This document shows positions 1-11,245 of a DNA stretch of 64,000 nucleotides, one piece after another; position 1 is the stretch's first letter; each line of letters begins with the position of its first letter. The position numbers were made by a program, and so were the translations under genes. The DNA comes from Eimeria praecox (taxonomy: Eukaryota). The DNA lies in the NCBI GenBank assembly GCA_963920595.1, contig OY986947.1, positions 3,596,001 through 3,660,000 on the forward strand. The letters run 5' to 3'. The notes beneath the pieces are model-generated. The model did no database searches. It saw nothing but the letters and a program-made list of their open reading frames with translations, and was not told where the DNA came from.

Positions 1-978
1 GCTCGCTCTGCCACCCGGCGCAGCGTCGTTCCAAGTGGAAAGGCAGTCGCAGCACTCAGCAAAGACGCCAGGCAGCAGGGGAGCAGAGTTGAAGGAAGCG
101 TTAAGACACAGGGGAGCCTTCGAGCTTCGGCAGCCAGAGCCAACTCCAGTGCATGCAACACCGGAGCAACTCATCCGCCACTGTCCGCCAGAAAGCCCCA
201 AATGGACAGCTCAGGCAAACACTCTCCGCCACATGCAGCAGGAAGTTGGACAGCCCGGGCCCCCCTGCTAGCGGCGGGCCCTCGGGCAGCCCCAGCTGCT
301 GCAAGAAAAATGGCAGCAGGAGCTGTTCTGCAGCAAAGTCGACACCGCTCATTGACAGCTGAAGGCCTTCCAAGCGATCGCTCACGGCCCCCTGCGAATC
401 CTTGTGGTATCTTTACAGGGGCAGCAGTTTCCCAGAAAGCCGCCCCGAAGGGGCTCCCAGCTGACAGTCGCATGCAGCGGGCATGTCGAGCAGGAACAGC
501 CACTAGTATAACCAGAAAGTCTGCACCTGGAGGAGGCCTCTCCCATGCAGCATCTGCTTCTGTATCTGGGCCAGGACAGGGGCCTCGGCCTGCAGCAGGA
601 GCAGCAGTAGGAGCAACAGCAGCAAGTACAAGCAGCAAAGCGCTAGATGCGCGTGCAAAAATGAATGCAAGAAACAAGGCAGTCAGCAGCATCCGCTCCA
701 ACAGTGGGGCTCCAGGCCTTATAGCCTCTGCAAAGGCTGCTCAGGCGTCTAGAGGGGGCTTGAATCCTGTGTCTCTGTTGTCTGCAAGAGCCTCTGTACA
801 GTTGATGCAGTCCAGCCGGAGGCAGCCGCTGCTGCCGCAGCAACAACCGCAGCCCAAACGCGGGTCTTTGCTTCGCTGCAGAACAGCTGGAATTGCTGAG
901 GAAAACAGAAAGAGCAGTCAGAAGCCTCTCGAAGGGGTAGCAAGCAGCCGCTGCAGCCTCCCGCAGGGAGCTTGCTGA
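1..978 (+). CDS. 3' part of a hypothetical low-complexity (Ser/Ala/Arg-rich) protein entering from the left edge
   Basis: Frame 1 is open from base 1 (ARSATRRSVVPSGK...) through the 202..978 ORF to TGA at 976-978. No recognisable domain. Confidence 0.55.
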   Translation, partial: ARSATRRSVVPSGKAVAALSKDARQQGSRVEGSVKTQGSLRASAARANSSACNTGATHPPLSARKPQMDSSGKHSPPHAAGSWTARAPLLAAGPRAAPAAARKMAAGAVLQQSRHRSLTAEGLPSDRSRPPANPCGIFTGAAVSQKAAPKGLPADSRMQRACRAGTATSITRKSAPGGGLSHAASASVSGPGQGPRPAAGAAVGATAASTSSKALDARAKMNARNKAVSSIRSNSGAPGLIASAKAAQASRGGLNPVSLLSARASVQLMQSSRRQPLLPQQQPQPKRGSLLRCRTAGIAEENRKSSQKPLEGVASSRCSLPQGAC

Positions 979-1880
979 GCTTATTTACATATGTATTTAT
1001 ATTTTGGCTTTTGTCTCAAGCAGATTATTTGCATCTCTTCGTTTGTCGTGATTAGGGCTCACGTTGCAGTGCTCAAGAGCAACAAGCTAGTTAGGGGCAC
1101 AACGGTTAGCTCTGCCAGAACCACAGTTTTGCAGCGTACAAAAGCGCAAAGAGTTACGGGTAGACGCATGGTGAGCTTCAGCGCTTTTGCTTAACACCGA
1201 CGAGGTTAAGGAAGGATGTGGCAAATACGCATCTGCTGCCTCGGCAACCTAAACTCTCTCCTCCCAGTTCGCCTGAAAGTTGTAGCGCCAACCGCTTAGC
1301 TTTCTCTTCGGATTAGCATGAATTTAAGAGGAAAGCATAAATATACGTGGACTGCACATGTCTGATCCTTCTGAAGAAGCAGTCCATGCATTCTAGCTGG
1401 GCCACTCAACTCAAATGGCAAACCCGACACAAAGCTGGCTCCGTTTCAACTCAGCTGTTGTCTTCCCCTGCGTCTGAGTACCATGAAGGAGATTCTGGTG
1501 TGTAGAGTAGTACAGCTAAATCCTATGCGAGTTATACGCTTATTCGTACACGCGTGCCTACTACAGCATGTAGAGGATGGCATAATAGGCAATGTGTGAG
1601 ATCGAGGAAACTATTCCTTGCTGTTTAAATGTACAGAAATGTTCTGCGCAACTCTTTCTAATAGTAAACTCAGCACTTCCGCATCAGTTAGTCATATTTA
1701 GTGCTGCCTATACATCTTAATGCATCAAAATTTATTTAAATCTTGCGGCAGGCTTCGTAAGCCAATAAAACATACAGTCAGTCAATGGAGAACGCTCCAC
1801 GCTTGCTTTTGCTTATCTAAAGATTTTGTGTTGACTTTTGTGTACATGCATCAGTCCACGCATAAAATTATTTATGCACC

Positions 1881-1883
<3 letters not shown>

Positions 1884-1975
<92 letters not shown>
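1884..1975. repeat. (TA)n microsatellite, ~45 units
   Basis: Pure TA run; it produces the spurious IYIYIY ORFs. Confidence 0.98.
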
Positions 1976-1979
<4 letters not shown>

Positions 1980-2449
1980 CACTCACGAGACCTTTCTCAT
2001 TCAGAGGGATAGCCGTGAGAGAAAGGAAACTCCCTTCCGTAGAAGGGATGAACAGTCGCCTTGTAGAGGACCTCCTGCACCACTTCACAGAACTCAAGAA
2101 TCCTCTGCATCCATGTGGGCGAAGAGCGTTTTCTGAACCCCTTCCATACTACACCTCGGCTACAACAGTGGCAGCAAACACCCAGCATGCCACTGAACGT
2201 TTGGCTTGTGCCCTACGCATGCCTCCCCCTCAGCGTCTGCAGAAATTGGCCTTTTTCTGCTTTTGTAGTTTTGCTTTACGGAAAGTCTGGGGCTCTAAGC
2301 CCGAGGGTTGCTGCAGGCATAATGCTATTGCAGGGCTGTTGAGCTATGCACTACAGCACTTAGAGTTGCGGTCGACCGCGATGCGTGTAGATGCTGTACA
2401 ATCTTTTCCTGTGCCTGTAGCAGTAGCGGTCCCTCATCTATTTGCCTGG

Positions 2450-3838
2450 TTAATATGTGCTGCTGTGCAGATCCAACAAGCTGCTTGCGGCTACGGTCCC
2501 GTGGGGCGAAGACTTACAGCGGAGATGCTGTTGCGGTTCGTCTTCTTTTTCAGCGGAACAAGTGCGGTCAGATGACCTAGGCGGACTACTTTCGTCAGCA
2601 GAATACACAAATGTCGGGTCTCCATGGCAGCAGTTGTCTTCATAGGCCTGACCCAGCGGGTTCAACCGGCGATATCGAGGACGCCCACGGCGGATTTCAT
2701 GGGGTTTTCTAGGCACAAGAGTCCCTGGAAGCTCCGAGACAGCACCTGGAGCTTCCACTGAAACAGCACGAATAGCAGTGCTGGCCGAAGCCTTCCATGC
2801 ACCCTCATTTTGATCCTCGACCAGAACTGTCTCCGTATTCATCTCACGTTGCTGAGGGGGCGAGTCTGGCTGTTGGAAGATAGCAAACGCATGAGGTTCC
2901 ACGTCGGCAAATGCTTGCTCTAGAAGCATAAAATTCTCAAATTCAGGGTTGGGTGTAGGCGGAGGAGCGGCCAGCCCTTCTCCAGCTGTTGAATACTGCT
3001 CATCCCTTCGGCATGCGAGGGCACTGAGGCTGCTAGGAAATACAGAGTTGCCCACTTCAACAAGTTCCATTCTTTTGTTTTCCGTGACAAGGAGAGTTAG
3101 CTGCCTGCGTTGCTCTCTCTCCTTTGCAGAAACCGCTTCACCAATTAGTGCAAGACGTGCATTCCCCTCATGGTCGTCCTCTTCTTCAGTTCCGCTTTCT
3201 GCATCACTAAACATCCGGCAATTTCTGTTCTCGGATGCCTGGTAAGCAGCAGACACCCTTTGTTGCAGCGAACATAATTCAACCTCGAAGTCTTCGTATT
3301 CTTTAATCAGCTGCATTGTGCGCTCTTTCACATCTGCTGCGATGCCCTCCACTGTCTGCAAACTGGAGTGAGCTCCTGCTATTTCAGCTTTAAGTTCGTC
3401 AACGACCGACTGCACCATGGGGAGAGTCTGCATGCAATCTTCCGGATACAGCAATAGGCAGTTTTCCACATACGCCAAATACCTATCGAATTCCAGCTGT
3501 TCCTCTTGAAAGACATGCTTGAACATATCCATGCGTTCTTGATCAATGCGCAGGCATTGACGCAGACGAGACAAGATGCTAGCAGCTGAGATGCCCCCAT
3601 AGTGTCTCAATTCCCAGTCGTCTCCGCAAGCAAGCACCCTCTTCCCCGTTGGAAAGTACGTTATCTCCCTGTGAGCCACAGGAGAGGGCAGAGAGGTGCC
3701 TCCCCCTCCTTCCTCCTCTTTGGCAGCCATACGGTACCCAAATGGAACACAGGAAGGACTCTGAGTGGCCAGAATCTCCTCGACAGAGCTTCGAACCGAA
3801 GAGAAACTGCTCCCCTGTCCACCTTCCATCTTGCACAC
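2450..3838 (-). CDS. Hypothetical coiled-coil protein, 'SAKE-EQ' family member 1 (single long ORF; probable ATG a few codons in, MEGGQG)
   Basis: 462-aa ORF with a heptad-rich acidic core. Shares ILSRLRQCLRID, KEYEDFEVEL and ARLALIGEAVSAKEREQRRQL with the ORFs at 37561 and 40638. Confidence 0.8.
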   Translation of the reverse strand: MCKMEGGQGSSFSSVRSSVEEILATQSPSCVPFGYRMAAKEEEGGGGTSLPSPVAHREITYFPTGKRVLACGDDWELRHYGGISAASILSRLRQCLRIDQERMDMFKHVFQEEQLEFDRYLAYVENCLLLYPEDCMQTLPMVQSVVDELKAEIAGAHSSLQTVEGIAADVKERTMQLIKEYEDFEVELCSLQQRVSAAYQASENRNCRMFSDAESGTEEEDDHEGNARLALIGEAVSAKEREQRRQLTLLVTENKRMELVEVGNSVFPSSLSALACRRDEQYSTAGEGLAAPPPTPNPEFENFMLLEQAFADVEPHAFAIFQQPDSPPQQREMNTETVLVEDQNEGAWKASASTAIRAVSVEAPGAVSELPGTLVPRKPHEIRRGRPRYRRLNPLGQAYEDNCCHGDPTFVYSADESSPPRSSDRTCSAEKEDEPQQHLRCKSSPHGTVAASSLLDLHSSTY

Positions 3839-5107
3839 TTCGGAAAAAGGGACAGACAGCTTAAGAGGAAATAATTGAACGCTTTATAGAAGTACTAAAG
3901 GTGTGTGCAGGTACTTTCCATGAAGCAAAGGCTCTATCTGGCCGTACGCCGGATCGGTCGGGCTGAGTGCGATGTCGCGCCGTTGGATACTCCCATCAAC
4001 CACTGCTGCAGCGGCAGACCTCCGATTTCGTGGTATTTGCAATAGAATAGGCAGAAAGAAATGCAACGCTCAAGGAAGAAGCCAGTTTAGTGGGACAATG
4101 GGTTCAACTCTGCGTGTTTGCCTCTGCCCAGCCATCACAGCTCACTGCGGCAATGGGCTCTGTCCAGTGGCATTTGCACTGGCGCCCACGAACGCCACAA
4201 ATGAGAATCCTAGTTGCACACACGCATTCACTAACTCAAACGTCCTAAATTTGCTATAAATGTGCAGAAAGACATGTACGTTGGAAATATTTACTCGCGA
4301 CACAGTCAGCGGCCCAGTGCTTCGGCGGACCTGTCTGTCGATTCTGCTGAACCGCCACAGCCAGGTCACAGCGTGTGTCCAGCGTGGGGTTGTTGTAGTT
4401 GAAGAATGAGACAGAGTTCAAGTAGAAGCGCAGTCAAAATAGAGACATCACTCTGCACATAATGGTCTTAATCAGTCCTCAAGACATTCATTACGACGAG
4501 AGGACTGGCGAGGCGCCGGCAAATCGACCAGGCAGTTATCCAAGACAATGTGAAGAAGGAAGGCGGCATGAGCATTCCCAGATTCCTTGATATGCGCTTT
4601 TGAAGTGGAAAATCGTTAATTTCAGCTTGCAAACAATTTAACTGCCCTTGCTGTTTGGCACCCCACGCCCGCTCGCACGGGCGCCACCCGCAAACAGAAG
4701 CCGAACTGGACTGTTTAGGGACTTTTAACGAAGCAAGAAGCTTGGTCCGCTAGAAACTAGTATTTTAACCTTATGAAGTATAGGCATGAGCTTGCTCGAA
4801 TGTTTCTGTTGAAGTGACTGGAGAGAAAAGGCTTTGAGCTGGCATTTCCTACGGCAAGCGCCCGATCTTGCACGCTGCCCGTGACTGCCCGCTGCAGAGA
4901 ATGTACTTCAAATTAAAGGCGAGAATTCATTCATATAATTTGCCCTTGCACATACAGCATCAAATTGACTGCCGAGGACTGCTTCCTTCCCCGGAGCCGC
5001 TATTTTTCATTACCGGAACTTGAGGCTCTAGTGCTTTTGGCGCTTGGCTCTAGGTGGCAATCCCGCGGGTGTGAATGAGTTTAGCTTACAAGTGCAATCT
5101 AATTCCA

Positions 5108-6150
5108 TTAAGAAATAAGTTGCAAAATAGTTGAATCAGAGGGGAAGAGTGCATGGACTTCTGTTGTACCTGTGCTGCCCCATTCACCTTTTGTACAGCC
5201 AATGTTAATATATTGCATTTCGTAGGTTTGCCAAACTCTAGGTCCGCCATTTACTTCATATATCACCTCCTTGAGGCTCAGTGGTTCATTTTCCTCTAGC
5301 TTTGCCCCACCAGGGGCGTTTTTCTCCTTCACTACTGTAAGGCTTTGCATCATTGCTGTCTTCCTCAGCCCAATTTATTTAGGTCGCAATGCTCACACGT
5401 ACAATTTTCTTTCTATCTAATGGTTCCTTCCACTCATCAGTGTTCATAAGCTGAGGGGGGTGGCCGTTATGCAGCATGCCGTTTAGCTCTTCACAGGGGA
5501 ATCGCTTCCCTTTCCCCCATGTAGTCTCTTCAGGATGGCGTCTCCTTCAGGCCTTCGTAATCAAAAGCCCATTTGCAATATCGGTGTTTAGTTTCTTACC
5601 TTAAGAGCCAGCCTCCCACAATGCTTTTTTTACTGCCAAAGGTGGCTGAGGCACCAAAGAAAGCAAGGCATATGCAGCTTCACCTCACTGTCAAAGGACT
5701 TGCTGTCATGCAATCCAAATTTTCACAGTGCAGCTGCAGTAAACTAAGTGTGTTAAATTGGTGATGAATGCATATTGAATCGCCCGCTCCTGAGTACTGC
5801 AGCTCACACTTCTAGGCAATTGCAAGAACGTTTATGAGCTTGCCCACGCCGCATGCCCCTTCGTTGCAAGCTACTGAAACTCTGCATGACATCTACTCGT
5901 GATCAAGCCAATCCTTCTTCTTTCGCGTTTCTGTGATGGCACGTACTGGGATATGGAGGAAGCTTAGCTTCATTCTATCGGCAGGCGGGTGGTGGAAATC
6001 CAGGGCCGTCAACGGTGAGGGAAGATATGTGTTATGCGTTATGTACGCCAAGGTGAATAGTTCTTTTGGACTGACAAATGGAACTTGTAAGGACATTGGT
6101 GCCTGGAGTAACGCCTTTGCAGAACCCTTTGAAGCTTTCGCCCCTTAGAA
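5108..6150 (-). mobile_element. Degenerate Ty3/gypsy retrotransposon relic (aspartic protease region and downstream linker)
   Basis: Minus-strand translation SAKALLQAPMSLQVPFVSPKELFTL...KKKDWLDHE resembles retropepsin ALLDTGAS-x-FISP...LGxDWL. It is followed by EAAYALLS-like linker sequence with many stops. Confidence 0.45.
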
Positions 6151-6615
6151 AAGGCATCTAAGATAGGAATTCCTTTCCTTGGCTTATAAGAGAGCTACCA
6201 TACGTTTAGGATAAATTTTCACAAAGTTTCCACGGGGGGTTGATGCAAACGCCCGAAGACGCGATTGCCGGGCAGTTTTGAAATTCACCACTTCCGAATC
6301 ATGAACAGCACAGGTTTCTCAGCTGCTTCGCGAGCGTATGGTGCAGTAGTTCTCACTCCTCAGTGATATGCAGAAACAGTACTCAACACGGGCCAAAAGC
6401 AGTGTCACCGGAATCCGCAGCATAAAATAATATGGTGTTGCGCCACTGTGGAGTGTGCAGCTTAGGGATTACTTCGCTGATGTAGACGTCTGCTTCTGGA
6501 ACGAGATGGAGTTATGGATCGAAACCCTCCATAGCGGCTTCAGCATCTGCTGCGAGTTTATCGCTGTCAAGCCCCTTAAATTGTCAAGGCTAATCATATA
6601 GGGATGTTATGAGCT

Positions 6616-7336
6616 CTACAAATGCCACTGTGCGGGTTTCCAAAAGCAAAACAGGCCGCGATCAATCTTTGGAAGATATGGCAGCGACAACTCGCGTTCA
6701 TCAATAAAGCACTGCACGTAGTACTGGACGAGGGCCACTACTGCACATCTTGAGGTGCCGCTCTGCAACAGATGAAGATTCATGATTTTTTCAATCGTAG
6801 CAACAGCCAGCGAAGGCTCCACAACAACCCAGAAGGGTCCTTCTCTGAGCTGCTGTTCGGGGAAAGAGGGTTGTGCTTCTGGCGCCCCTTCGCTAGGCTC
6901 CTGACGAGGATGAGGGGGCAGCTGGTCCATTAGGTAATCAACAACATCTTCCAGTGCAATTCCCTCTCCATAACGAGAAACTTGCAGCCAGATATCCTCG
7001 GCTCGGGGTGGGGGTTGAATCGGCCCAAGTGCCAAGTCTGCGTTTGGCCCTCCATAAACTGGAAGCGTGCCATGATAGACTGGGTCATGCGTGGGATTCA
7101 GGGCCTCTATGCCCACAGTATAGATTGTAGGGATGTCGATGAACGCGGTACTCATGCTGGCAGGAAGTCCTTCTGAATAGCAGTTTTAGGTGTTGTACAT
7201 AACCTTTAAGGGAGAAAATCGCGGCAAGTGTACCTGGTACTATCAATACAGGGTCATTCCTGCCACTCCTTGATATGCGCTGTCTGAGCGAGTTGAAAAA
7301 GAACAGATTGTCGTCAGATGGCTGGTTTGGCTCCAT
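6616..7336 (-). CDS. Two-exon hypothetical protein (~219 aa); exons 7336-7234 and 7172-6616
   Basis: ATG (MEPNQPSDD) at 7336. A 61-nt GT..AG intron (7233-7173, CCAG|gtacac ... ctattcag|AAGGA) joins the overlapping ORFs 7085..7366 and 6616..7155 in phase 1. Confidence 0.65.
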
Positions 7337-8189
7337 TGCTTCGCCGAAATTTTCAAATGACTTCAAGAATTTTGCCTTCGGAACAAGCCGTCGTGCACTG
7401 GGCGATTTAAAGTGACAAACGCCGTCAGCTCAAGGGAATCTAACAATGCCTTATGACGTCTTCTCCTCGGGAATGCGTATTAGGCTGTCTGTCGCCTTCC
7501 ACTGTGGAAGGGCCCGTACGAAATCCTTGCTCGCAGTAGGCTGATTCCTCTACGTGGTGAGCAGCTAGAGAACAACGGAGGAAACCCTGTTAAGGTAAAA
7601 TTTAAACGCCCGAGCATAGGGCACAGAAATTCGTTGTAAACTGCGAAGCTTCCGCTGAGGTGAGAGCGGAGCAGAATCTGCAGAGTGGTGGCCTTTCAAA
7701 CCGTCCACGCCCGCATGAGTTGCACAATGGCAGCAGTTGCCGCACAAGTGCTTAAAATGTGCGCTAGCAAAAAGACTGAGGAAAGGCAGCTTTTTCAAGG
7801 GCTCATGATAAAAGGCTACATACAAACTATCTCACCGTCTATGGCTAAGCGCACCTGGATCGTACCGTACAGACACAAGCGGGCACACGACGTGCGACTT
7901 TTTGCCTACATGCTGGTCACGCAACGGTATAGGTCAAAAAGTAACGAATACCGGTTTAATAGAACTCAAAGGCTCTCGGATCCTAAGCGACTGGGCCGAC
8001 TGCCTGTACGTTTCGTTTCTTCCAAGGCGGACAAACGGGAAGTCGTGGCTTCAAGTTACCACAGAGCCAGACGAGCAGTTAAGAGTATTTCATGGGATTC
8101 TCAGGAATATTTGGGCAATTTATCCAATTGTTTTGCTTGCATGGTGGAGGCACTTACCGACAGTGTGTTTTCGGTGTGGGTTTCGCCCC

Positions 8190-8800
8190 CCTGGTAACCG
8201 CAAATTGTAGTGGGCAGCGCTCTCTGCTAAGAGTGCTTCTGCTTCCCTTCAATTTCGAAGCTAGGCCCTTCCCCTTCGGCTTATTTCCTTGGTCAACTTG
8301 AGAAGCAAGTTAGCTAAGAAGTACCCAGTGAGGTCAGTAGCCGATATCAGTGTACCGAGTGCCACGGTTCTCGCAGTGCTGGCAGTGTACTGCTGATAAT
8401 CTCCCTTCCACTGATTATTACCCAGGTGGCGCAAAAACGCCTCTCGGCTCGTGCCCAAACATAGGAGCATGTCTTGTTTCAAAGACTTCCAATCCGTCAT
8501 GTCCGCCCTGCTGTCTTTTAAGTACAGCCAGTACCCCAGTGCAGCATTTCTAGATATTCCCCTAGCTCGTGGTTCCCTTGTTGTTTCCCTAGGCTTAATT
8601 TCACGAACGGGAGTTCCACTGGCTTCAGGAATCTCGTCATGTTCTGTCCCCTTTCGCGAGGTAGTGGCGGGAAGTGGGCTGGAGGTTGCACCGGGGTGCT
8701 CTTCTGGGGGAGAAGCGCTTGCATGTCTAGTACCTCCACCTGCCCTAACCAGGCAATTTCCTGGGCGTAATCTACCTGCGGTCTATCAGCCATGGATCTC
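8190..8800 (-). mobile_element. Degenerate retrotransposon gag relic (Ty3/gypsy type)
   Basis: MADRPQVD... then WKSLKQDMLLCLG..FLRHLGNNQWKGDYQQYTAS..RTVALG..DLTGYFLANLLLKLTKEISRRG..REAEALLAE, the retrotransposon-gag capsid pattern. Interrupted by frameshifts and stops. Confidence 0.65.
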
Positions 8801-11245
8801 CTAACAGCAGCCTGCCAGTTGTGCTGTATTGTATCCTCATTGTCTGTGGATGCTAGTGCTCATGCGTTGATCTGCCCTTTTCGGTTAGTCCCCCTTGTAT
8901 TAAGCTTAGCTTGGAGGGTTGAGTGTCCGGTGTACCTATCAACATGCCGTTACGTAGGTGCATTAAGCGATACCCAAGCATGCCCCAGTATGCCATGCTG
9001 GAGGTCCCTGGGCTCTTAGGCACTAGATTAAACACATGGATAGGTGTGTGGAGTGTATAGAAAAGGAAAAGTATCCCGTAAAATAATCCTCCAAATGCAA
9101 TGAGCAGCGCACTCTGCTGCTACTGTGTATTATCTCTACGTACACTTACTAAGAGCACAGCTCATATTCCCTACGATATCCTAATATTATCAAAGCGCAG
9201 TCTTTCAAACATATTGAAGTTCTGTCGTCCTAAAAGGGAGAACGAAAAGAGTAATGTTCTCACCGTTGCCACCCTGCAGTGAGCCAATGTCTCAGCCGCC
9301 GAATGGCCTTAATTCTAAATCCTGCATAAAACAACATGATGCATTTCCACTAATGTAATACTTGTATTATATCTGTAGGATAGGCCTCTGGAGCTCTCAT
9401 TTGACGTCCATTGCAGTGCCCGTGCACAACACCAATCCCAGGGTTGTGCTGTTGTGCTGTTCCTCGCAGAAACAGCGACCATTGGCGTGACCCGCTACTC
9501 TGGAAACACACGCATTTACTGGTTGGTGGAATTTAGGAGTAAATTCATTGACTGGGAGAGATCCTTCTACTTTTATGCGCTACTGATATGCGATCACCCG
9601 GAGATGGTAGATCTGCAGAGGCGCATCGACGAGCACTCCCAGAAAGAATGCGCACAGCGAACTCTTTGTGTGGAGACAGAGCCGTTTCTAATCTTGCAAG
9701 ATTGAGTGTGCCGAAAAAACTTTAATTTTGTTCAAAGGAAATTGCGCTTGGATTATATGTGCCAAATCGCCGTCTCACGTTTTTCAGGTTTTTTGTTGTC
9801 TGAGCCACAGCTTACAGATAACCATTCGTGCATTTCCCGAGCGAGTATATCTGCTTATCACTTGAATGGAGAGGATCTCCTTTTTGAATAGCAGTGAGCA
9901 GCAGTGAGAGTGGCAGTAACACCCTTTCAAGGGTCCCGTGGGGTCTGTCTGGAGGTCTGAAGGTGTGCTTCCCTGTGAGTTAGGCCACACTGAATACTTA
10001 AGGCGCAGGCCTTTTTCTGAGCTTAAAACAGCATGATCAAACACTAAACAAACTTTTTAAAGCTTTTCCCTAGTGTCCATTTGCTGAGGCAGTGGTATAA
10101 TTCAGATGGAGTGGACATTAAACCCGTAGGCATTTGCACACGCTTTCCCACAGTTAATGACGTGATTCTTTGCTAATAATTAATTATATTCATGCGCAAG
10201 CGAATAGTAGGCGGCACTGCTGATAAGGGTACTACAAGTGGTAGCGCCATAAATAAGTTGGGCATCCATCCTAGCGCTCATCTCCGTACTGTACTGCACT
10301 GGGGACATGCGGCTGCAATATTCCTCCTAGACAACCGCCTGCATTCCCTTGCCAGGCTAGTCCCAAATACCGACTGTTAATCGAGAAAAGTGCTTCAATT
10401 AGCCTCGTGAGCCGCTCACGACTGAACCGTTCAAGGAAGGCGTGATTCTTTTTTCTATGGAGGGGCAAACATAAAACATCAAAAGTTCCCAAACTGTTTA
10501 GCAGCTATATCTCCCCTCGGACTGGACCAACATTCATGAGCTCGTCAATTCACCATAGGAGCAGACATCTAGCTGTTGTCGGCTAGAGGAGGCGTATGCT
10601 TGATATGCCCTCTGCTCTGAAGATGCCATTTTGATTAGTTCACAGCTTGATAATCAAGCACTCCTTACGTTTCAGTGGTACATCTATCGGCTTTTGTAGC
10701 ATAAATTTCTGAAACTGCCACTGCAAGCGGTCTCCAGAGCCCCGATCCCCCGTCGATTCAAATCAGTTCGCACTGGGTGTTTCTATTCGTCTGTACATCT
10801 TTTCGTAATTGAGTCCTTGCGTTCCTAATGCGGAAGAAAGCAATCAGCTGTGCAGAAGCTCTACACACTCTGCACTTCGGGTTGAGCTAAGCGTGCTGCA
10901 TTGTCTTTCTGCTCCGCCGAAATCGTGACGGGGAATTTTGGCCTCCACTACTTCAAAGACGTAGTGGGTATATGTGATTAACAGTGTAGTCCGCCGTACA
11001 GTGGGAAAACAATGAAGTAAATTTACAAATTAAGCAGCGAAGTTGACACAAAAAAGTTGAACTCTTGCTGAAAGTTGCGTCTAACTAGCAAATCCAAACA
11101 CTCTTCCGCATCCTGCACAATTCAGTTCTCGCAGCACACAAAGCCGCGTATTAACAAAACTCTTTGTTCGGTTCAAAGGAGCTCTTTTGGTCTCCACCTA
11201 CTGCCTGCCCTTTGGAGGAGGTGTCTTCCCCTTCGCTACAGCAGG

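Noticed and set aside
1720..2575. ORFs with long IYIYIY tracts
   Set aside because: They are translations of the (TA)n microsatellite and partly antisense to the 2450-3838 gene.
7085..7155. Programmed frameshift between overlapping ORFs 7085..7366 and 6616..7155
   Set aside because: A canonical 61-nt GT-AG intron joins them in frame.
9454..9705. HSQKECAQR as a fourth SAKE-EQ family member
   Set aside because: Only a short, weak match; the RLRxC and YE..EL motifs are missing.
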